64,000 bases of DNA from Nymphaea colorata (lineage: Eukaryota). The stretch is taken from positions 7,688,001 to 7,752,000 of the forward strand of contig NC_045138.2 in the NCBI RefSeq assembly GCF_008831285.2, in the 5' to 3' direction. The position numbers were made by a program, and so were the translations under genes. Below the pieces are notes generated by a model, which searched no databases, had not been told where the DNA came from, and saw nothing but the letters and a program-made list of their open reading frames with translations. Numbering within the stretch: position 1 is the stretch's first letter; the number at the start of each line of letters is the position of its first letter. This document shows, piece after piece, positions 52,960-64,000 of this stretch.

Positions 52960-53830
52960 TGTGGGAGCACTTTAAGACTCGGCGAACTGTGATGAAATGG
53001 CGGAAATGGATTTTGTATTTTAAATCCTTATGTGTCTGCTGGTTTGTGTACATTGGCAGTCATGGGAGATTACCTACAAATGTTAGGTTACAAATATTAG
53101 GATTCTCCTTAGCCTCTGTCTATCTCCTTTGCAAGAAAGCTACATATGATCAACAACATGTTTTACTTGCTTGTTCGCATACTTTGAAATTTTGGAGGTT
53201 TATATCTTCGAAGTTTGGGATATTCTTTACTCTTAAAAATGATTTTTGCCCAACTTTAATTTGGTGGTTTAGAAGGAAACTCTTGTGCAAAAAGTTCAAG
53301 TTTTGCTTGAACCTTTGTGTCAATATAATTGTGTGTAAAGTCTGGGGATTAAAAAATCTTTACTCCCACAAAGAGGTTTACAAATCTATTGACAAAAGCT
53401 AAAAAATTGGTATGGCAGGCTTGTGTGGACATTATTATGAAACAAAACCGACCTAACCAGATGCTGCTTGCTGTTAATCCCTATGGGGAGTAGTTATATG
53501 ATAGAACTTGCTTCTTGGAAAACTGCAGCAGGCATTTGTTGTTCTAGCATTCTGTGGCATAATCAAGAACTAGTAACTAATCATTCAATACTGAATTGCA
53601 AAGTTGGGGAACATACAAAATCGATCATTTGCCAATCTTTACTTCGACATGTTCCCAATTGTCATGCTTGTATTGCCCTCAGAGCCAACAATTCAAGATA
53701 CAAATCTTGGTTTCATCAATTCAAAGAACTCATAGTGTTGAATAATATGCAGTTTGTGGATAGAACTCCCTCTAATTTGGTGATTTGTAATTTTGTTTTT
53801 TTTTTGTGGTGTAATAACTTTACTGTTTGA
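52960..53830 (+). mobile_element. Decayed LINE fragment (zf-RVT region)
   Basis: HGRLPTNVRLQILGFSLASVYLLCKKATYDQQHVLLACSHTLKFW is a degenerate zf-RVT motif. Confidence 0.65.
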
Positions 53831-54049
53831 GGATGCTATGACCTGAGATTCCATTTGGTTGTAAGAACAAACGTTCTTAGAACACGTCCTTAAAACATGT
53901 GTTCTAAGAATAATGAGTTCTTATTCATAAGAAAATGTTGTAATTTTGTTTGTCGTTTGTTTGCTTGCTTGGATATAAAGACAAATAGACAATATGTTCA
54001 TACCTTGCATGACATTTGTTTAAACCATATGATGGACATATTTAGTATG

Positions 54050-54565
54050 TGCTTTGCATCTCTCTCTCTCTCTCTCTCTTGTATAAATGACTTAAAATTT
54101 ACAAGCAATAAAAAATACATATAAAAGTATTCATAAAACAAAGCCAATACAAATACAAAATCTTTCACTTTTTCTCTCTCTCTACACATACACATGGCCT
54201 AAAACCCACATAGTTAAAAAAAAACTAATAAAATATATAAAAATCAGATGAGTCAATAAAAATACACAATATAGACATCTCTATCTTCTTCTTTGTCTCT
54301 CTTTTTTTCTCTCTACACATGCAAAATAACTTAAAATATTCCACATGGTAGAAGAAGAACCTAATAAAATATGTAAAAAAACAGAATAAAAAACAAAAAT
54401 ACACATAGGTTCTCTCTCTCTCTCTCGCTCTACATGTAAAACCACTTAAAATCCACATAGTCAAACAAAAACCTAATAAAATATGAATACAATAAAACAT
54501 GTGAAAAACATAAAAGGCCATAACAAAGAACTCTGGTATATGTCTCTCTCTCTTCCTACATGTAC
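54050..54565. repeat. Degenerate ~120-bp tandem array (4-5 units)
   Basis: Repeated (ct)n-acacatg...aaaatccacatag...aacctaataaaatat blocks. Confidence 0.65.
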
Positions 54566-55101
54566 GGACACGATGCTATGAACATTCAATCAGCTAATGA
54601 GGAAATCTTAATGTTAATCAAACATTCTCAGTCAAAAAGACATTATTGAATGTCAAACTTAAACCTTAGTTAAACCTATAAATGAATAAAAGTTTGCAGA
54701 AAATGAATGTTTGATTTAAGGCGAGGATCATGGATGGTTTAACGGCGGATCTAGTCGCAAGATGCCGGTAGATGAGCAGCAAAGGCAGGCGGTAAAATGA
54801 GACGTCATCTTTCCAGAAATATCAATCGGCAGTGTCATCTCACAATGAAAATAGAAAAGGGGGAAAAGTAAAACAGGTGTAAAAAAAAAAAGAAAAAAAT
54901 CAACCGGAAAATGGAAACATAAATCTGGTGGGTTCCAAGCCTTTGTGACTCCTGCTTCAACAAGAAAATTAAGGGAAAAAAAGAGAGTGAGAATTTAGAA
55001 TACAGGGTGACAACTTAGAAAAACAGAGTGAGGACTCAGTCATGACAGTCTCAAATCTCGACCACACTATTTTGTGAACACCCACTAACAAGGCTCAAGA
55101 C

Positions 55102-55467
55102 CTATGTCACATGAACTCTTCAAAAAAGGAGCCGCATCCATGTCAACACGGCGCTCATGCCGGTGCGATTTCGACACACACATCAACTGCATCTTTTTTT
55201 ATGAAGATTTTTTCTATTTTTTTTCTTCTTCTCTTTGTCTCTTTTTTTGTTTATGTATAGTAATAAAAGGAAAAAAAAACAGATTGAACTAACAAACAAG
55301 TTAAAATTATATATGTTATGAATACATACATATATATACATATAATAAATATATTATACATATATACCCTCACCGCACCCTTTCACCGAAATTTTTTGTG
55401 ATATGCCACACCTGCACCCACATCCGCACCTGCACGAGCACCCGCTCCCAGCACTAATGTGACATAG
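55102..55467. mobile_element. hAT-type MITE, 366 bp, same terminus family as 10966-12008
   Basis: 11-bp TIR ctatgtcacat / atgtgacatag and perfect 8-bp TSD ctcaagac at 55094-55101 and 55468-55475. Confidence 0.88.
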
Positions 55468-56822
55468 CTCAAGACCTCATTTGAAGGGCTACAGTTTATG
55501 AAAATTATCCCACTGCTATTGATTTTCAGTAAAGAATACCCATATCCGTGATTACAGCACGATCTTAAAGTTTCTTTCACTTGTCTTGTCCACATGATCG
55601 GACCTGCCACTAATTCAATTTGATTTGTCCAATTCAAGCTGATTCGAGACAATTCATTGGGTGAAAGAAAGCCACTGAAGAAGGGATGAAAACCTCTTCC
55701 TTTCCTTCTATCCTTGGGGTTTAGGGCTTTTCGAAGACTTGGGTAGAGTTATGGTATGTCGATCAATTATTGGGTGAGTCTTAAGTTTGTCACTGTCTGC
55801 AGTTTATGAGAGTAGCACTTGTGAAAATCAAACTAATGTTGTACTATTAATATGTCCGTTGCTCGTGACAAATACCCAATGCGCTTTGGGGCTAACTTGA
55901 GCCGATTATACTTATACTGATTTTACTAGTGGAAGGAAGAAAAAAAGCTTCCTTGGGAGGATAGCGTATAATTTCAACGCTGCATCTTTGACTGCAGTTA
56001 AAAATGTAAATGAATAGGGTGCAACTGGTTGTCCTGATTTTAGATCCATTTAGTTGGTTGTAGTAAAAAGTTTATTGATTGATTCTCTCCCAGCTGGGTT
56101 GCATGGGACTATTAATTGGATTTAGATTTTGTATGCAGCTTTATAACTGCACTTGAATATTAGTTTGATATCATGCTAATTAAGATTAATAAAGATTCGC
56201 CCTAATTGCATGCAAACGTCAAATCTTATGCTAGTCGGATCCAAATTATGTTTAAAAATATAGAATTTGGGTTAGAATTTTAAATTGATTGCTTGTAGTC
56301 TGATCAAATTTAGGACACATTTGACAGCCTTGAATTTTGATTCTAAGATTAAAATTCTAAAAGCTAAATTCCACCTTACACTGGAATTAGAATGAAAATT
56401 CTAGTTCTAGTTTTCCTTTGTGTTTGATAGTATGGAATTTTGATTCCAGAATTGAAAATGATCTGTTTGATAAAATATGAATTAATGAAACAACGATTAG
56501 AATTCTAGATTGATGAATTAAAGATATCATGACATGTACCATAAAGAGAGATCAAAAAATTCTAAAATTCTGGAATGATGATTCCACCCGATTTCAGAAT
56601 TTTGATTAAAAAATGAGCCTATGATTCCAAAATCAAATTTTTTTTGTTCGATAACACAATTCCCATTTCAGCAAAAGTAAGAATTTTAATCCAGAATTCC
56701 ACACTTACCTGCCGCATCAAACATTCCCAAGGGAAGATTCTAGCCCAAAGCTGAACTGGTTACTTATCCTTTATGCAGGTCTGATATATAAGGGTCTGAC
56801 TCAAGGGTGGATACTTTGCAAA

Positions 56823-56874
<52 letters not shown>

Positions 56875-57120
56875 TTCATTTTTTCTAAAAAAATTCATTT
56901 TATGTTTGATTCTTTACATTAGAATTAAAACAAGCTTTTTTTTTTATGTTAGCCTCAATATGCATGATGCTCACAAATGATCAAATTAAATAACCATGTC
57001 TACTTGTTTGACAACGACAGAACTACGCCAACCTCTTCCGCATTTACATGGTTATAGCGACTTATATCCTCCTTCCTGTCTAAACTTTAAGATTTGACAT
57101 TCTACGGAAGTACTTTCAGT

Positions 57121-57299
57121 TAAGGGCAGAGCCAGAAAAATTTGGTTGTAGGGCCAAACCATACTTTCAAAATTTTAACAGGGATCGAAATTGAATTTTT
57201 CAAAATTTTTTATATATGTGAAAACTAAAATTTTTGAAATTTACCTTTGAATTTTTTAAAATCTGAAGGTGAGCCAAGGCCCCCTTGCATGTGCCCCTA
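57121..57299. mobile_element. CAGGGGCGG-family MITE
   Basis: taagggc...gccccta ends. TSD ctttcagt / ctttcaat matches 7 of 8. Confidence 0.7.
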
Positions 57300-60057
57300 C
57301 TTTCAATTAAAGAAATTAAATTTGTTTTCATTCAACAGTAGATGTTGATTGCCCCACAAGACTGAGCCACTGATCAATTAATTGATATTACCATAAGGTC
57401 GGTTCTTTGATTAGGCCGGTCGGCGGTCGAGATCTTTGGGTGTCACGATCCCTGTCATTTTAGTGGCACCGGAGTCTGTACGAACCGGTGGGGCCGACAA
57501 ATCGACTTTGATTGTGCAAAAGAGAAGAAAAAACAAGTTGAACAATGTTCGCTAATCAGTAGCTAATTTTGATGACAGGAGACTTAATTTTCAGGATTAA
57601 TAGATTTCTTAAAACTAGCTTTGATGCTGAAAGCATAATGATATCCAATGGGGCCAACTTTGACAAAGTAGGTGTTTATCAATGTGATGTTTTAGTTAAC
57701 ATGTTTTCAAGTTTCAACCCATGCCTCTTGTCCCATGTGGAAAACTTTGTCTTCTCTTTGTCTCACCTCCTGTTTTTCATTCAATTCATTCATGCTCTCG
57801 AATGAAATGGAGCCACTTTGATTGACGTGAGTCAATTGTACTTTAGTTCGATTCCCATGGGTGTCATTGATCTGCTAATGCCGACCTAGCCTTGATCAAG
57901 TGGGTTTACTAGATCTAGATGTTTGTGGGCTATGGAGATGTAAACCTAACCAATATCATTAATAATATAGGTGTCCACCCCCGGGGGTTGGGGTGGAATT
58001 TACATGCAAGTTTAAAAAATTTTTGCTTTATCCTATATAAAAATTTTGAGAATGGTATTTTAGTCCTTGTCAAAATTTTGAAATTATAATTCAACCCCCT
58101 CATGAAAATTTCCTTGCGGTGTCCATCAACCCCGTATCCTATTAAATATCTGTTGACACGGCCTCACACCAACTAGTATATTAATAAAATAATAGAATAA
58201 TAATTTTATTTCTTTATATTGTTTTCTTGTGGCCGATACCATGCACCTGATGCACACTGACTTGTATTGCTGGTACCTTGCTTTACTGAATATTTGAATG
58301 GTGGTGAAATTTATTTAGAATAAGTTTCATTGGAGAATTTGTCAGAAGAGAATTGCACATCAAAAATGCTGGGGCTTGTTTCCAAAGAGACTTGATAATG
58401 GAACATGGATATTGATCATGAGATCGTCTTACAACTTTCAGTGCTGGTATTAGGGCAGAGACTGGTAGGCAGTCTGTTTTCATTTTAAATTCGTATGGTA
58501 TTAATTTCATTGTACTGCAAAAAGTGAACCACCAACACGTAAGTTGAACCGCGGCAGGAGCAGCATCTCCAGGCACCAAAATTAGGCCATGTACTTTAGG
58601 GTCGTTTGAAAACAATAACAGTATATTAGTATGTTAATTTTTCATGTATCTAACCTAAAAATTTGTTGGATTCATTGGACAGTTTAAAAAATGTTCTATT
58701 GACAATAGTAACAGGTGCATGGAATAGTAACATACTGTTACTGGTTCCAAAAAATATAGGAAGAAAAGATTGGGTAAGCACTTCAACTCACTTATTGACA
58801 TGAAATACTCCATTTACCCAAAACTATAACTTTTCTCATAATTGAGTAGTTTCTTAAGAATAATAATAATAATAATAATAATATCTCCTCCTTGGAAAGG
58901 TGAATCCAAGGTGTTCTTGTTCTCGCGTTTACCTTGACTGAGGTTTCATATGCTTATAAAATTTTCTTGTTTGTCATCGACTTCTTTTTTTTCTTCTTCT
59001 TCTAGATGAAGCAGAAAAAAAGAAAGCACAAAGATTGTCCTTTTAGAGAAAAAAAGAGTTAGGCTGGATGTCCCATTTGGTAAGAAAATTTCCCATGCCA
59101 GCCCCAATTCATCGACTTCCAATTGACTTGACTTGCCACTGTGGAATCATTAATAATAAAAAAAATATATTGTATACAACATTAACATCTTTAGAAGCAA
59201 AAGAAAAAGTTGTGAATTAATACTGGATGATTAAGGTATCCATATCTTTTTCCTTTTTTCTCAATTATGTAAAAATATCAAAAGTTACTATCTATATATA
59301 TATATATAAAACCAGACCCTTTCAGTGTGTGATTGTTGAAGTGCTTTGCTAAGCTATCCAACCTTATAGATATTATCTAAGTGAGAAACATATACTGAGT
59401 TAATTATCTTAAGTGCGCCATTTGGGGTCGTCTCCTTTGTTTGTTTTTGTTTCCCTCAGTTGTAGGCCATACATGTACACTGCTACTAGAAGCACTGCTT
59501 TGGATACCAATCCCTGATCTTATGTGCTCTTCAATTATGCTTCAGAGAGACGGTGACAAGTGAAAGAACTTGTCCCTTACCAACCACACAAGGAGACATA
59601 AATAAGGTAGAGAAAGAAAACCCATAATAATAAAAACATACATACACAGGCTACTGACATATTCATCCCTAACTTGGGGAGAGCCAATCATATTAGACTT
59701 CGGATAAGCTTATCAAGATATAAACTTAATTTCTTCTAATAAAATAAGACTTTCATAATGGGCCACGCTTAGGCTAAATAAGTTAGACTCTCATGCCCAG
59801 GAAAATTCTCTTCAGATTTTTTCTTTGTTTTTTTTTTTAATCAGCTTGCTTTTATCATTCTCTCATTTGCTACTGTTGGAATCAGGGATCTTTTTTTGTC
59901 CTAGGAAAGATCTAGTTAAAAGAAAGAGAGTGGGGGGAATCATGGATCAGAAATTAAAACTCAAGCATTTTAATGTGGTTCTGTAAATATTGAATCAACC
60001 CATGAATCTCTCACTCACTTGTAAATGACTACTGAGGTGGTTCCACTATGTATAAAA

Positions 60058-60759
60058 TCATTTGGGTACATCATTTCTCCCTTGATTCAAGAGGTTTTTG
60101 TAGATGTTAGGGATAGCCTTTCCAGATTCTTCAATGATATGGTTTCCATATTTTTTCACCTTCCTTGATCTAATCGGTGAGACGAGCTGGGCAAGTTTAC
60201 TTGCCTTGTCTTTAGTAACTACCAACACCTTGCTTGCCTTAGCCGATGATCGACTTTCTCCAACATCCCCACTCAAGTTGAATGTGCCATTAGAAAGGTT
60301 GAACTTGCTGATCAAAAAATTGATCATTCGAAGATATGTATTTCACATCTACTTCACATTTAGCAGGTTGCACAGGTTGAGAGGCTAAAAAGGATGTTGC
60401 TCCAAAATTATTGCACCATATAAAAGCACTTTCAATCATAGTCACACAAAACACTTTTTTTCTACAAAAAATGCGAAAAAACTTGATAAATTAAATTGCC
60501 ATTTAAATGTTAAAAATGAAAAAAAAAACACGTTTTAACGCATTTTTTTCACTTTTTCATTTTTTTCAGTTTTTTTTTTCATTTTTTATTTGTTGTAAAT
60601 CTACTTATCTTGTGATGTTTGTGTTATTAGTTTTTCACTTATTTTATTTTTTCTTCCATTTTTAGTTTTTTAAAATTTTTAAAAATTTACCATATTTTTC
60701 TCATTTTTTTCAAGCTTACCGTACTATACCTGAGAAAAACTTTGCCGTTTAAAACACTG
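60058..60759 (-). mobile_element. Probable decayed hAT 5' end with transposase-like remnant
   Basis: The minus strand starts cagtgttttaaacggc (hAT-like terminus), runs through an A-rich tract and then a broken reading frame. No partner TIR found. Confidence 0.35.
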
Positions 60760-62337
60760 AGACGTTATTTGTGACTATAGTTTTGAGCTTTTTAACTCCT
60801 TGAGACCCATGTTATTTCAGCAACAACGTTGCTGGAAGGATGATACTCAGCTTCAGTACTTGATCTAGGGACCATAGATTGTTTCAACCCTAAATAAAAT
60901 GCAATACTATCAAGAATAGAAAGAACGATTTGGGCACATGGTCATTGATCATTAGGTCATTAATGCACCACATTTGAACTCAGCAGTTGCTTCTTTTTTT
61001 TTTGCCAGGTTCTTATTCTTTGTTTATTCATAGCTAGTTACAAATTTCAGCTAATCTGGATTCCCTACCATTTATATAAGTTGCACCCGCCCTAATTACC
61101 ATGATTAGTCCGTTAAGACTATTCAGCTGATCTATTCTGTTGGCTGATCCAAGTAGCTTGAAGGTTTTTTACTTTTGATTCGAATTGAAAGCTATATGCA
61201 TGGCTAAAATGCCTTTCTTCAAGATTTGGATTCACTTAACTATAGGAGGAGAGCCATATGCATGCACTTGAACACCCACCATGCTCTCCATATGACACAA
61301 AGCTATATAAGGGAATCCTTGATTGTTCGTCATAAAAATCTTTAGGATTTGAGAATCATAGATTTCAGATGATCAGACCCTCCCCCTTCGATCTTAAATA
61401 AAAGATAAAGTAAAGATTGATTGTTGATCGGACCTAAGACATTTAGTTGGATGAACTATTGGTTTCACCATGGATTCGGCATAAGTATGCCACATTTGAT
61501 CAACATAAGATCCATTGATTGCAAATTTGAAGCGATCAAACAGCGCCAAATTTTTTCCTTAGTAGGGGCTGGCAGGACCCATGTATTTTGAAAATTAATT
61601 TTTACTATGAAATTTTTCAAAAATTGTAATTTGGATACATAAAGATTTTGCAAATATAGTAGCCCTCTAAAACAGGTTCTAGCTCGACCTCCACTCATTT
61701 ACCTTGTTAAACTTGTTTTGTTAAGTCCATCTCGTTTCATTACATCGTTTAGTGCTACTTGCTTAACTATTCCCTCATTATATTTCAGCATTCATTACGT
61801 AGTCAAGCCGAGTCGCGTTTAAATGAGTTGACTTTTTGCAACTAGAACTTGACTTGTTTAACATTTCTGCTTACATTTGAACTTGAGTTTGACTTGTTTA
61901 TAAGTTGAGCTCGAGCTTATAGCTTGACTCATTGTGCAGCCCTACCTCCATCTCTTGCTACAGGTAAAAATGAAAGGATAACCACACCCAAAAAAGAGAA
62001 GCTGGAAAGAGGCACATTGTGGCCTCTGGTTGATCAAAGCTGGTTATATGCGCCATATTGGTGCATAAAATTTCGTGCACCAGTATGGTTAATGACAAGA
62101 ATACCCCTCATTTACACAAAAAAGACAATTTTTTTGGTAAAATAAAAATAAAAATAAAAAAGTGAAATGACTACAACAGGCATGTTTTTTTTTTAATTAC
62201 AAAAACATCCTCTTTCTTTTACTGCATATGTAAGATGTGCACACATAATGGTGTACGCAACCTTTACAAACATGGATTTGCTGAAGTCTCAATAGTGGTT
62301 TGTCTGTTATGATGAGAAAAAAAAAATTGGAAACCCC

Positions 62338-62516
62338 CAGGTGCGGAGCGAGGATTTTCGAACAGTCCAATCTCTGGATTCGGGTGGGGCCAAACTGAAT
62401 TTGAATCCAAACAATACATGACGGAACTAAAAATTTTTCAATGTTAATTTTTTTCAATTGGTTGGGGTGGAGCCATGGCCCAAGCGCACCCCCCTCCCCC
62501 TCTCCCTCCGCACCTG
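62338..62516. mobile_element. CAGG(G/T)GCGGAG-family MITE
   Basis: Perfect 11-bp TIR caggtgcggag / ctccgcacctg. TSD gaaacccc / gaaaccac matches 7 of 8. Confidence 0.8.
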
Positions 62517-63166
62517 GAAACCACTGAACATGTTTTTGCTTGCTTTTGGATTTCCATGAAATGTGACATCGATACCACTTGTACTTGGCAATGAAATTCT
62601 CAGCCAACCAATCACAATGTTTTCGTCATTACTAGACTCACCAAACAATTTCCAACCACACTAACCACCTGTTGGACTTTACTGTTTCATTTATTAGTCA
62701 AGAGCCTTTCGGACCAACATAAGGAAGGTCTGTTCTTTAGTGATTTTCTGATAACATGTAAAAACCAAATTATATATATATATATATAAGAACACAAGTG
62801 TTTTGAATGTTTGATGACTCTAAAAATTAAAAAAATTACTAAAAACACTATAAACTGTTGCTAAAAGCATTAAAAAATGTCTTCGTACCATAAAGCATTG
62901 CTAATGCCTCCGTAGCAACTGTTTTTAGCAATATATATATTTTAGTTTTTAGCCATCAGGCATAATTGAATCCTCATAAATATGTGTGTGTGTATTGTTG
63001 GCCGATTGAAATCTATATCTAAAAATTAGATTTATGAGCATTAGCAAGTTTATACTAAAACAATAGTTGATGATGGTTTTAGCAAAAGTTTGTAGTGCTA
63101 TATTAATGGATTTTTTAAATTTTTTACCAACCAGCAGTATTCGGGCATCCATATGATCTGAATCAT

Positions 63167-63194
63167 CCTCTCTCTCTCTCTCTCTCTCCCTCTC

Positions 63195-63257
<63 letters not shown>
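63167..63257. repeat. Compound (CT)n(AT)n(GT)n microsatellite
   Basis: Direct reading. Confidence 0.9.
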
Positions 63258-64000
63258 CCTGCATGTATTCAATCTGTTTTTTTTTTTAATATTTTTCTTT
63301 CATTTTTTTACAGTTTGTCTTATCAATGTAGACCTTACAATTTATGAATCCATAAAAAAATACTAATATATAAATAAGATTAATTAACGAGGTGTGAAGA
63401 TTAATTAACCAGGAAAATCCCAAAATGTATTTTTTCTACTAATTCAATATATGTTCATTCAATTATATGTTCATATAAATGTCAGCACTTTTTTTAACAG
63501 CAAAGAACTAAGGTGACAAGTGCACCCAACCTTTTCTTCATCCGAGGGAGAGAGAAAAAGTAAAAAATCACTTTCTTTAGCAAATTTCAGAATTATAATT
63601 CCTCTTCAAACTGAAATGAAAAAAATTTAGGTTTCAGTTTTGTAATTCAAGAAACAAATTGCCTGGTTTGTTTAATAATTCCAACTTTTTAAAAAGTGAA
63701 CATTTAGATTCTAAATGTCTAGCACCTAACAGTCTACAACAAGTCTTTAAATGTCTAGCACCTAATAGTCTCTCTCGATATCATGTCTTTCTCACTATCT
63801 ATTAAGGCACTAGACAAATACAGAACAATCTCTACCCTTGGTATTTTTTAGAATAACAGTTGAAAAAAAAAAACAGAAAGAAAAGACAGTGGAAACATTT
63901 TTGTTATTTAATATTAGTTCTTTTTTTTTCTTATTATTTTTCTTTCAGCCACCAATACAAAAATGTTTATTATTTGTCTAGCATCTAACAAACATCAATA

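Noticed and set aside
45300..64000. Possible conserved miRNA, tRNA or snoRNA genes in the gene-poor region
   Set aside because: A by-eye scan found no conserved plant miRNA sequence or tRNA cloverleaf. An Rfam/Infernal search would be needed to exclude them.

Overview
AT-rich plant (angiosperm) nuclear DNA with spliced genes in the first ~41 kb and a gene-poor, repeat-rich last ~23 kb. Six host genes could be assembled by hand with GT-AG junctions and continuous frames: a PA-TM-RING vacuolar sorting receptor (RMR type, +), a 98-aa mitochondrial complex IV-associated small protein (-) with one 9.1-kb intron, a 7-exon neprosin-domain gene (-), two tandem NRT1/PTR (NPF5-like) transporters (+), and a small seed-maturation/LEA-type gene (+). 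The 9.1-kb intron holds an apparently intact autonomous hAT transposon (10-bp TIRs, perfect 8-bp TSD, 774-aa transposase) and a 1-kb non-autonomous hAT element that may carry a captured gene fragment. The most notable points are that young hAT, the neprosin-family protein with both presumed catalytic glutamates substituted, and a templated-insertion scar copied from two nearby sequences. The rest is hAT- and Tourist-type MITEs, decayed LINE fragments, short tandem duplications and microsatellites. I found no evidence for a wholly new biological system. All family assignments are from recalled motifs, not database searches.
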